The translations under genes and the position numbers were made by a program. The notes beneath the pieces were generated by a model. That model ran no database searches. It was not told the DNA's origin and saw nothing but the letters and a program-made list of their open reading frames with translations. This document shows positions 11,035 through 21,456 of a DNA stretch of 23,360 nucleotides, in pieces. Position 1 is the stretch's first letter; each line of letters begins with the position of its first letter. The DNA lies in assembly GCA_051294375.1 (NCBI GenBank), contig JBJCIZ010000009.1, positions 1 to 23,360 on the forward strand, written 5' to 3'. The DNA comes from Paraspadella gotoi. Its lineage: Eukaryota > Animalia > Chaetognatha.

Positions 11035-13142
11035 CTACTTTTAATTAAATCATTTAATTTTTTGTTTTGTTTTTTTTTGTTGTTTTTAGGAAAACTAACT
11101 ATAATTGGGTTTTACAAAGGAAATCGCGAACATGTACTAAAAAAGTGTTATAAAAGGGGGGAAAAATCAGCCAAATTTCTGCAGAAAGTTTAGCGGAAAA
11201 CATGACGGAAAAGAAAAACATATGTAACTGGATTGAATCAAACTGTGAGATTAACAAATAAAACACACTACAAATTAATAAAACGCAATGAAATTTTTAA
11301 CAGGAACGTTAAAGGAAAATTAATAATTGTTTAAAAAGTTTCAGAATTCGAAATTTAGTGGGAAAAGATGACAAGAAGAATAAATGTAGCAACAAACTAA
11401 GAAAGAAAATGCTCTGGAAATGATAAAACAAACAAAATTTAAAACTAGATAACAATTACATTTGAGAAAAAAAAAACATTTATAAAAGCAATTTTGGAAA
11501 TTCAAATTCAAATCCAGAAAATTTAAAATTCGACTTTTCGAAAAGTTCATAGGAAATTGATGAGTGCAATTTATGCAATAATGGAGAGAGGAGGGGTGTA
11601 GGGATGGAGTAACAAGAGGGTAGAGAGCAGGAGTTTGGCAAGAAGCGGTCCATGGAGGTCGCTGGCAGATCACCGTGATGAGAAAGATGATGACGTTGAC
11701 CGGGAGAGCATAAGGAGACGGAGATTTCGCCGGAGAATCGCCGAGAAAGGTTGAATCGGAAAGAGGGAATTTTTTTGGTTTATTTTCATGATGCGTGGGA
11801 TTGGGGGAGAAGAGAGTAATGAGAGAGAGGCGCCATCGCTATCGCCGCGGCGCCGTAGTCGTCGCCATCGTCGTCGTCCTTGCCATCGCCGTTTCTATCG
11901 CCGTCGCCATCGCCAGCTCCGTCCCAGTTAGTTCGACCTAAAGGCAGACTTCATACCTAACTGGATAGTGAAATTGAGAATGGTTTAAATATGTTATTGT
12001 GATAATTCTAAGCCGTGACCTTTTGTTTAACTTTTTTAATACTGGGAATGAGTTTGACTAAATCATTGTATTGGGGTTTATTAAATTCATTTGTTTTGCT
12101 TTCATTTTTAAAGTGAACATTCGGCAAGGAACAAGGCAAAAGAAACGGGCTTAAACAGTTAACCATAACTATTGGTTTCTTTAGTACTTAATCATACTGA
12201 ATTCCTCGGATAGGGGCTGGACCAAGTATGATGAAGACTGGTGAGTTTTGACGCATCTTTTGTTCCAGGGAAATGAGTCCAGCTACAGAAAATACCTGAA
12301 ACTGAAAAGTTAAAATTAAAAGAGTTTGGGTCTTGAGTAAGATAGAGATAAGCTGATCAAAATTAGTGAAGGGAAGAGAAGAAACGGAGATCAATGAGAG
12401 CCTGGAAGAGAAACAAAAGCGCAAGAAAGAAAGGCACGACGCAACATTTAATGAGAATTTTTGGGTGAAGAAATTCCAGACAGAAATGAGTGGAAGGAGA
12501 CTTGGACTCAGGCCGTTCATGGTTTCAGAGAGGGAAGCATTTTTGTTGTGAAGTTTCATAGTAACTGCCAAAACCAGAAATTTGAAGACGCTTGGAAGGG
12601 CATGGGGCATGGGGGGATTTGGTTTGGAATTCATTTTAATTGCATTTTTTTTGCTCTCATTTAATTCATTGTCGAGGCATTTGATGCAATCATTGTAATA
12701 ATTGTATTAGAGGTATCAAGAGGGTAAAATCAATCTTCTGTTCTAGTTAGCAGCTGTTTTATTGTCCTTTTGTTCGCCTTTCCTCTTTGTCCACTACGCT
12801 GTTAAGCTAGTGAAATATAATTCACATCATAAAGGGGCTTGTCTGCGTGTCATCATTAATCACTCACGTGAAAGGTTTTTACTTTCAAAAATTTTCTCTC
12901 CTCAGATGGGCCAATCTTCACGCCAATGACATTGGCAATATTGTCATTTTTCTCAGATTCCAATTTTTCTCTCAATTGAAATTTCGTGACAAAAATAAAA
13001 GAAGTATGAACATTTTTCAGGACTCCTCCCATGAATTGTTAAGAATTAGTTTTGTTGAAAAAAAAGGCTGAATAATTGCTTTTTTTCTGAAAATCGGACT
13101 TTGTTCCTTGCCTGTTGTTGTAGTTGTACTGTATTTTTAAAG

Positions 13143-14595
13143 TTACATAGTGATGAGTCTCTGCCATTGTTGTCGGTGGAGCTTGGAAGGTTGCAGATTG
13201 CGTGTCTGTAGAGGAAGAGGCTCTTGGCGAGGTTGATCCGGTAAAGTTGAGGCGTTGAGATAATGTGATTTAATGAGAGTTTCTTTACCTCGTTCCATGT
13301 ATTTCTGCCAAAGATCCACATGGCTCTTGGTCGTTTTCCTCAATGTTGCTGACGCGGCGTAGCTTGGCAGCATCATTGGAGGAGACTCTGACTTTGACAT
13401 GTTGGGAATTTTTTTGCCTTTCTGAGTTTTGATTCCACATTTTTTTGATGGCTTTGGGACTGAGAAGGCAAGGGCAATCAAAGGCAGGGATGATTTTGTG
13501 GACTTATCCCCATTTTGTGGAAATATGGTCTTTTTACTTTCCTTCCCTATAGGTTTAGACTCTGCTTCATATGCCTCCTCCATGTAGTCAATCTTTGGTG
13601 GCGATGATTTATTACGGACGCAAACACTCAGAGGCCTACCCTTTCCATGTTGTCGTGATCTAGAGTCGGTGGAGGGTGAGGAGGGCGAGGAGGGCGGGGT
13701 CGACGTGGTGGGTGAAGAAGGTGAGAATGTGGAGGATGCAGAAGCAGATTCGGAGGCAGAGGTGATTGATAGGCTGATTGGCTGCTGGTGCTCCTTAGAT
13801 GACGCGGTTGTTGCATTTTCAAAAGGTTGGAGTTGGCGCTCACGGGGAGAGTTTTCGGCAGGCTTGCTTTTCTGTTTGTTGGAGGACTCAGGTGAACGAG
13901 TTGGAATTTTATCTAGCCTATCTGTAATTATTTGAATCCATTTTTTATATTTCCGTTTCTTCCTCTTTGCTTTTTCTATTTCTAACAGGCAGAATTCTCT
14001 TTCTTTATCCACTTGAGTCAACTCTATTCTAATGTAGAGAAGCTCTTCAGTTTTATCTAAAAGACGTTGGTAAGCCTCACAGATTGGGTCTTTTCGTTCT
14101 TTTGCAGTCAACTTACTTTCTGAATTATTTAAGGATTTTGGTACATTGGCAGATAAGCTTTTTTCAGCAAGATTCTGACTTGCTGGATGAGTTGCTTGTT
14201 GACTTGGCTCTTTTGAAATAGGATTTAAAGTGGTAATTTTTGTTATTAATTTCAAATAGCAACTTTTAAATTCTTCCGCTTTTCTNNNNNNNNNNGGCAG
14301 ATAAGCTTTTTCCAGCAAGATTCTGACTTGCTGGATTAGTTGCTTGTTGACTTGGCTCTTTTGAAATAGGATTTAATGTGGTAATTTTAGTTATTAATTT
14401 CAAATAGCAACTTTTATATTCTTCCGCTTTTCTTTTTTCTTCCTTTTTGGCCTTAAAAAGGAAATCTCTTTCGTCTTTTGCTCGTTCTAACTGAATTTGA
14501 ATTGTGCATAAAACCGCCTGTTTTTCTCGGAGCCTTTGATTTGCAAGAGATATGGCGTTTTCTCTGAACATTTTCATTTTCCCCTTCACTTTCAT
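13143..14595 (-). CDS. Hypothetical protein (~434 aa if the gap-flanking duplication is collapsed) with two related coiled-coil segments and an S/P/T-rich region
   Basis: ORFs 14266-14595 and 13143-14318 overlap in sequence across the N gap and join in frame when 148 nt are removed. No known domain was recognised. Confidence 0.55.
14148..14433. other. 138-bp duplication flanking a 10-N assembly gap
   Basis: 14148-14285 matches 14296-14433 with about 5 substitutions. Ns lie at 14286-14295. Confidence 0.9.
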
Positions 14596-16168
14596 TGTCT
14601 TTCTAATAAATATTGAAAAACTGACTTATCCCATGAAGATGTAATGTCAGGTATTTGGAAATGACATTGTTACGAATTTGAAAAAGAGAGGACAAGGAAT
14701 GCCCAAGAGCAGGGAGTATTTCATCATCTGGGTACAATTTTCAACTGAGAGGAAAGGGCGACGGGGAGAGGAGAGAGGAAGGGAAGGAGGAGAGAGGGAG
14801 ACGCGATCAGGATGAGGAGGAGACTGCATGGCAGACGAACGAGGAAGGAGAGAGAGAAGAGAGAGAGAGGAGAGAAGAAGAGTGAGGAGAGAGAGGAGAG
14901 GGGGGCAAACTCAGCGGCGAGAACTTTTCAAGGGGGAGAGGGATCGCAGTCGATCTGGTTTTTTTTGTTTCCTCGCGATTGCCTCGTCGCGTGACGACGT
15001 GAAGTTATCCAGCCAGAAGCCAAAGAGAGAGATTTTGACCGTGGAAGAGAGAAGAAAAAGAGAAAAAGAGGAGAGGGAGGAAAGAGACGAAACGTTCAAG
15101 AAGGGAGAGGGAGGTGAAGCAGATCCACGTGACGACGAGGTCCAGAAAGAATGAGGAGGAGAGATGGAACGGTCTTTTTTTTGGTGGGAAGTCGGGAAAA
15201 TGGGAGAGAGAGGGGTGAGGATCGAGTGAGGGGCCCGAGTGAGGGGCAAGGGAGCGGTGGGAGAGTCGTCGTGTTGGTCAGGACATGACATTCCTCTCTG
15301 CGCAGCTGTTCTCTCGAGTGGAAGCGATGAGGTAAAAGAGACGAGCTGGGAGATAAAGGACGAGAAAGAAGAGGAGGAAGAAAGGAGGTGAAAAGAGATG
15401 CTGAGATCGAGAGATCGGCTCACGCGGTAAGGAGGCTGAGGTTAGTTAAAAACATGCCGCGTCGGATCTATCAGGATGGTAAGTTAGGAGGAGAAGAAGA
15501 GGGGGAGGAGAAGAAATTTCGATGTAGTTTTAGGAAGTCATCAATGTGCGTCGAAATATGTAAACAATAAAAATGGAACATGGTGAGAATATATGAAAAT
15601 CGAAATTGAAGAGTTAGAATTGTGTGAGCAAAACAAATTCGAAATAGTGAGTTGAAATAGTGATAGTCGACTCAGTAAGAAGGGAGATAGAATTCAAAGT
15701 ATAGTGCTATAGATATTAATAGTTTAGTATGAAGGTATGGAAAATGGAAATAGTGAGACAGAATAGTGAAATAAAAAGAGACGGAATAGCGAGTTTTACA
15801 GGTATATTGAACAATGAAAATACAGATTAAAATTGAAATAAGTGCCGGGGTCGGACTGTGAGCAATTGTTATAGTTAAAATTTCACAGTTGAAACAAAAT
15901 AGAATATAAAATCGAACTATCAAAATTGAATTGAATGTGAGGGGATAGTAAAATAGTAAGAAAATACTAAGGGAAAAAATTACATAATTGTCCCGGATTA
16001 TCTTGCTAAAAGGGAGAAGAATCTACATTTTATATGTTGCAGTACAAACACTAAATGTCCCGCCGGCGATTAGCTAAATAGAAGAAAGCGGGTTAGTGAT
16101 CTTACTGCTTTGTTTGTGAGTAGGCGATGGGTCTTTTTCTCTTTCCTTTTTTTTTTTTTTTTTTTTTT

Positions 16169-16234
16169 CTCAGTCGGTGGTTAGAGCACAGGACTCTTAA
16201 TCCTGGTGTGGTTCGAGCCCCACATTGGGCGCCA
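16169..16234 (+). pseudogene. 5'-truncated tRNA-Lys(CTT) copy with encoded 3' CCA (extended PBS on the minus strand)
   Basis: CTCAGTCGG..TAGAGC D-arm, perfect anticodon arm CAGGA-CT CTT AA-TCCTG (anticodon 16196-16198), GGTTCGAGCCCCAC T-arm, and ATTGGGCG-CCA end. tRNA nt 1-10 are missing and replaced by T22 (16147-16168). Confidence 0.88.
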
Positions 16235-16235
16235 C

Positions 16236-16573
16236 TGGGAAGATGGTATCTAGCTAAAGGTATGGTACTAACTAGTCTCTCATCAGGAGAGAGAGGTAAG
16301 TAGGGTAAGTATATAATGGTAATAGGAAAACAGATTATAACAAAGGTTATCAAGGGTACATAAAAGGGAGAGAAGGAGAGGGAAGGTTTTCAGACCCCGA
16401 GACCGAGAAGGAGAAGTTGAACTAGTGAGTCCGATCTCCAAGACTCTATCCGTGACTCCGGGGATGAAGAGGGACGGGGACGACGAGGGGAGGAGGAGGC
16501 GATTGAGATGAGGGAAGAGAAGGCCCCGGGGGAGAGAGAGGTTTCTGCGGTTAAGGTGAAGCCATCTATCTTG
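16236..16573 (-). mobile_element. Partial LTR (3' half, R/U5-like), same family as 10341-11034
   Basis: Colinear with 10341-10660 (e.g. GGTACTAACTAGTCTCTCATCAGG, ATCAAGGGTACATAAAAGGGAGAGAAGGA, CCGATCTCCAAGACTCTATC). On the minus strand it ends ...TCCCA-G-TGGCGCCCAATGTGGGGC. Confidence 0.85.
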
Positions 16574-16715
16574 GGAGATGGAAGATTTAGATATTGAATG
16601 GAAATTTGGGGAGAGAAAAAAAAAGTTTTGGAGTCGAAACAAAGAGAAGAAAAAGCTACGAAGTTGAAAATTTCGAGGAAAAAGAATTTTTGTTGAAATT
16701 AGAGAGAACAAGTCT

Positions 16716-16730
16716 CCACATTGGGCGCCA
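16716..16730 (-). promoter_or_regulatory. Second tRNA-Lys primer-binding site (15 nt), downstream of a different candidate LTR (~16734-17040)
   Basis: Minus strand reads ...TATTTCA-GGG-TGGCGCCCAATGTGG, identical to the first 15 nt of the PBS at 16234. Confidence 0.7.
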
Positions 16731-17073
16731 CCCTGAAATAAGACTCTGGCTAAAAGTAAACACGAGAGGTAGTGGTGAAGCGTATGTAATGAAAAAAACG
16801 AACACGAAAATAATTAAAAACTACAGAGGAGCGTGAAATAGGTTCTTAACGGGAGAAGAGAGAGAAAGGGGAAGTGAAACTAGAATGGAAAAATCTCGTG
16901 GCTGCGCGAAACCCCCGATCCGAAAAGGAGAAGGAAGCGAAATGGGAGGGGGAAAGATTCTTCGCGTCGCCTCCTCCTCCTCACGAAGCAAACAAACAAA
17001 GATAATAACTATGACAAAGACGGAGCGAATCACAAAAACAATCATGAATTCTTTTTACTATTATTACTCTTAC

Positions 17074-17126
17074 TCTGAAGTTAATTGAAGAGAGCGCTGG
17101 AAAGGAAAGCATCTGAAGAATCCTTG
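17074..17126 (-). CDS. Candidate downstream exon of the Cys-rich host gene
   Basis: TAG acceptor and GTAAG donor. Phase 0 gives ...GKYSATNFP|QGFFRCFPF, continuing the G-x3-C spacing of the repeat. Confidence 0.4.
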
Positions 17127-17767
17127 CTATTAAAGTATTTTGATATGATTCAAGTAAACAGTACCAAAATGGTTGTGAGCAAAACAAAAAACTGATTGAA
17201 CTGTATCTCTCTCTGTCTCAATAGCTTTTTGTCATTGCTTCACCGTCTTACTATCTTTCAAGATTTAGTTACAAGAAACCTTTATTGCAATAGTATTTTC
17301 ATGTGCTTTTTAGTGCATAATATTATTTTTTTTTATCCTATCTTCTGATTAAACTATATATACTTGCTTTTTAATTTAATTTTATTATATTTATTGAAAT
17401 TTTTATATAAGATTAATAAGTTTTTATTAAATTATAATATTGCTGTGAAACATTAATCTCATTTGCATAATGGAGTAACCCGATTTTTATTACGAACCTT
17501 TTGGCTTTGTAGACAAAAAATCGTTCTATCTCAAATCTCTTATTTTGGTACCAAGGTAAAATTCCCAAATTTTTCCAAAATTTTTAGTTTTATTTTTATA
17601 CCTAAAAAACTTGTCCCTAACCACCAAAATACATTTCACTGTTAAAAATTTTGGGCTTTTGTTAGGATTTTGTTTCACAATAAAAAAGGAAATATAAATT
17701 TAACTAAAAAAATAAAGTGGACTATTGAACAATTTTTGTGTATAGTCAGAAATAATAATTTTCTTAC

Positions 17768-17995
17768 CGGAAAATTAGTGGCGGAATACTTTCCTATTCC
17801 GCATTCTTTGCAATTTTTTCCCATAAATGCAATAGTTCCAGGTTCACATATAGTGCAGTTGGTTGCTCCTTCTTTAAGTGTTACTGAACCCTTTTTACAG
17901 TTTTCACATGCAGCAGAACCAAGTTTATTCGAAAAACTGCCAAATTGACAAGGGACACATAATGATTGTCCAAGGTTATCTTGAAACAATCCAGG
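17768..17995 (-). CDS. Exon of a host gene with Cys-rich repeats (ephrin-receptor-like/GCC2-GCC3 type)
   Basis: 228-nt phase-0 exon between TTTTTTCATAG and GTAAG encoding PGLFQDNLGQSLCVPCQFGSFSNKLGSAACENCKKG...CTICEPG...CKECGIGKYS; repeated CxxCxxG.F....G...C. Confidence 0.85.
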
Positions 17996-18540
17996 CTATG
18001 AAAAAAGTTTAGGGATAAAAAAAATCTGTAACATTTTTAAATAAAAATTAAAAACAGCTATTTTCATGATGCAGAGATTATACTACGATATTCAACAAAA
18101 CTATCTTTTTAGGCATTCTTCTACATCATTTTTCTGATCAAGGGTTTAAAATTTTTAGGCATATCATTGCAGATCTCTTTTATTTTTAATTATTATTACT
18201 CACTTAATCATTAAAATATTCAGATTAGATGTCACAAAAAAGAATGGCGTCTTGTCTTCCATTTTTAGGCTCAAAATAAATAATTGTGGCTGCTGTTTTT
18301 TGGCACTTTTTTCCATCGCGACCCCCTTGCTGCGGCTCCTGAAGCAGCGGACTAAAACACAAGTACAAAACTTCTATTTTGCTGATTCCATTCTTGAGGC
18401 GCTTCCCAACCTTCTGAAATTAACGCCGCCGAAATCTTTCAATTCTCGCCTCCTAAACGCTTTTTCATCGCTCGTTCGACAACAGCAACAGCACTACCTT
18501 CTCTCGCCGACCAGTTGCAAACTCTTTCAACTTCTCTCCT

Positions 18541-19662
18541 GATTTCATCAATGGACTTTGTTTCTATCATCGGACATTTGGAGACCAAGCAATCAAATGC
18601 TACCCAGGATGCAAGCAGGGAAACGGCCGAGTCAGCAGCCGGAGGCAGTAAACGCCGCTGCTGGTAGTACAGAACCCTTACTGCACGTGTATGACAACAA
18701 CAACAACTTGACATGGCTTGTGGACGGTGGTGCAAGTGTCACTTTAATGGCACCTTCACCATCAGAAAAGCTCCGCGGTGGCTCCGTACCTCAACTTCAT
18801 GCTGCAAACGGGTCTCCAATCTCTTCCTACGGCACCAAACAAATCACTATCAGACTAGGAAGATGCACATACTCACTAACAACCGTACTCGCTGACGTTA
18901 CGACCCCTATTCTTGGAGCTGATTTTCTGATGGAGCATCATTTAGCCGCCGACCACAAGCTCGGCCTACTCGTTGATCTTGATGATTTTTTAACAATCGC
19001 AGGCAAATCTTACCTGGACAGGCCTTTCAGAGTCAATACAGTCAATAATGCCTATTTCAAATTGATTGACGAACGCCCAGAACTCACACAACTCAGATTT
19101 GACCCTTCGAAGACCAAGCATGGTGTAGAACACCACATTCCAACCAAGGGTCCGCCTCTCCACTCCCAAGCACGCCGACTTGCACCTGACAAACTCAAAG
19201 CAGCCAAAGAAGAATTTGCAAAAATGGAGAAGCTGGGCATTATACAGAAGAGCAAGAGTGCTTGGGCATCACCACTACATGTGGTTAAAAAACCTGACAG
19301 CTCACTTAGATGTGGCGGCGACTACAGGAGACTCAACGCAGTCACAAAAGACAACCGCTACCCCATCAAAAATTTGATGGATTTCAACGTACATGTCGCA
19401 GGCAAAACAATTTTTTCAAAAGTAGACCTTTGTAAAGGCTTCCATCAAGTACCTGTAGCAGAGCAGGATATTTGCAAGACAGCCGTCATCACTCCCTTTG
19501 GCTCTTGGGAATTCCCGTTCACCCCATTTGGTCTCAAGAATGCAGGGCCTGATTTTCAAAGGATGATGGACGAAGCCCTCAAAGATGTACCACACATCTT
19601 TGTATATCTAGATGACATCCTGGTCGCCTCAAGCGACGAGGAAGAACACATGCAAGTTTTGT
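18541..19662 (+). mobile_element. pol: CsRn1-type Ty3/Gypsy fragment: Gag CHCC knuckle, protease, RT (3'-truncated), lying antisense in the host intron
   Basis: Gag frame GLCFYHRTFGDQAIKCYPGC. Pol has LVDGGAS/ILGADFL, SAWASPLHVVKK, DYRRLN, FSKVDLCKGFHQV, PFGLKNA and YLDD (19605-19616). It ends after EEEHMQVL. Degraded gag probably extends left to ~18310. Confidence 0.96.
18618..18663 (+). promoter_or_regulatory. -1 programmed ribosomal frameshift signal (G_GGA_AAC plus downstream stem)
   Basis: Heptamer GGGAAAC (18618-18624) is in gag phase. After an 8-nt spacer, CAGCAGC (18633-18639) pairs with GCTGCTG (18657-18663). Pol is in the -1 frame and gag stops at TAA 18649. Confidence 0.8.
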
Positions 19663-20416
19663 AAAAAAATAGTTAAAAAGTTAGACAAACAGATTGAAAA
19701 AAAATGGAGTTTTAAAATGAAACACAATTTTGAAGGTAACTTTTCTCCGCTCAGTGCCAAGTCAAATTAAAACCAATCAATATAAAATTTTGATAAATAA
19801 ATAATTTAGGTTTTTATTACAGAAAGATTTTTTCAGATTAAAAAAACTTTTACAAATTTGCAAATGACGATTTTTTTTAGCGGCGGGCTGTTTTAGCTTA
19901 GCATGAGATAAAAGGTTAGGGTTAGGGCTAAAAAAAGGCCTGCTGTAAATAATGTAAGATTGTAAATAAGATAAATTAATTAGGATTAAGGTTTTTATTG
20001 AGGTTCATTCAGGGTGAATGGGAAGGCTTATTATATCCCCATTATTCCTGGCCAGTCCCTTTTCAAACCCTGAACTTGACCAATACTTTTTGTCTATCAC
20101 TTAGTCCGACCTAAATATAAAAAGATTGACAGGATACCCGATAATATACTATGAATGAAGTAAACTAATATGATAAGTTTTATAGTATATTTTTGGATTC
20201 ATTTATTAAAAAATAAAAAATATTATATTAAAGTAATTTAGTTTTTTATCTTTTAAATGAGATATGTTTCAACCATATGTAACAAAAATTGCAAGTATAT
20301 AATAGATTATTATTTACTTAATCTTATGTATATTAAATATATGATATTATATAAATTATAAAAATCAGTCTTATATTTTTTTAAATTTAATAATTATAAT
20401 CTTATTTTATTTTTAT

Positions 20417-20590
20417 GGAGCTGGAGCCGGGCATTTTTATTTCGGCTCCGCCTCCGGCTCCAATCAAAAATTTATTTCGGCTCAGGCTCCAGCTCCGGCT
20501 CCGGCCAGATAAAAATTCTGGCTCCAGCTCCGGCTATGGCAAAAAAAGCTCGGCTCCGGCTCCGGCTCCGGCTCCTGCTCCACATCCCTG
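20417..20590. mobile_element. Right end of a (GGCTCC)n-rich MITE-like element
   Basis: Many CGGCTC/CAGCTC hexamers ending CACATCCCTG (CAGGG-type TIR). The left TIR was not found. Confidence 0.55.
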
Positions 20591-20758
20591 GCTTGAAGTA
20601 AACAAGCCGAAACATGTTCAACTCTTAATTAAAAATTGTTATTACAATTTCCAAAATACTTTACTTTCTCTAATATGAATAAACAACGAAAAAGAAAGGA
20701 TTATCGCATCAATTTAAATATTAAATAACCTGTGCATAAAATGTCCATTTCCTTTTCT

Positions 20759-20871
20759 AAACAATGAGTTTTATTTTTCTAATGGACATGTTTCAACTCT
20801 TTTTTCAAGTCTTCTTCAAGACTCGAAAAAATAGTTGAAACATGTCCTTTGAAAAATACAACTCCTTGTTT
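20759..20871. repeat. Imperfect palindrome, ~54-bp arms and 4-nt loop
   Basis: AAACAA.GAGTT.TATTTTTC...GGACATGTTTCAACT.TTTTTTC.AGTCTT-CTTC, then its reverse complement. Confidence 0.88.
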
Positions 20872-21144
20872 GTAATCTATAATAAACTTTGTTTTCTCTC
20901 TCAATTAAAAATCCAAATAATTTTCTTATTTCTATTACAACTTGAAGATCTTCTGTGGGTCGGTAACTCAATGGTAAAAACAAAAATTAACTAGACAGAA
21001 AGTGGTTACCATTTCAGAATTTTTTAAAAAAAATTTTGTGTTTTAAAAACCTAAATCATTAAAATTTCTTTAAAAATTTTTATTGGAGATCATAGTATAG
21101 ATCGAAACAACAATATATACAAGAATAAGATAAGTTAAACTCAC

Positions 21145-21230
21145 TTTACAGGGTTTACATTTTAATGATCCTTCTTGGTCTGCGAAGAAACCTTTAGGGC
21201 ATGAAGTACAATTTGTCCTTGAGTGTGAAC
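21145..21230 (-). CDS. Upstream exon of the Cys-rich host gene
   Basis: CTACAG acceptor and GTGAG donor; 86 nt encoding SHSRTNCTSCPKGFFADQEGSLKCKPCK, which splices in phase 0 to PGLFQ of exon 17768-17995. Confidence 0.85.
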
Positions 21231-21456
21231 CTGTAGTTTTAAAATAAAATAAATATTAAAATTAATAATCAACAAAACAAGTTAGCAAACAATGCCGGAT
21301 CTGCTAATGATCTTTTAACGGACAGCAGCTAATCAGATGTTGTTTCCATGTTCTTTTATTTAAGTTTTTGTTGTTGCCTTAATAGATTTTTTTCTTTATT
21401 TAATTGCTGTCCTTTTGGTTGTTGTCGTCTTTTTCTTAGCCATTAAACCTGTTTTC

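Noticed and set aside
11830-11965. (TCGCCA/TCGCCG)n tract and short CCAGTTAG...CTAACTGG inverted repeat
   Set aside because: Degenerate microsatellite with an 8-bp stem; not enough to assign a function.
14647-15570. Several R/E-rich and S/P-rich ORFs on both strands
   Set aside because: They are by-products of GA/CT low-complexity sequence, with no domain signal.
16169-16234. Functional tRNA-Lys gene
   Set aside because: It lacks the 5' acceptor strand, has a shortened variable loop/T-stem, encodes CCA, and has no downstream T-run terminator.
20415-20678. 87-aa ORF with APAPAP repeats
   Set aside because: It is a translation of the GGCTCC hexamer repeat of a MITE-like end.
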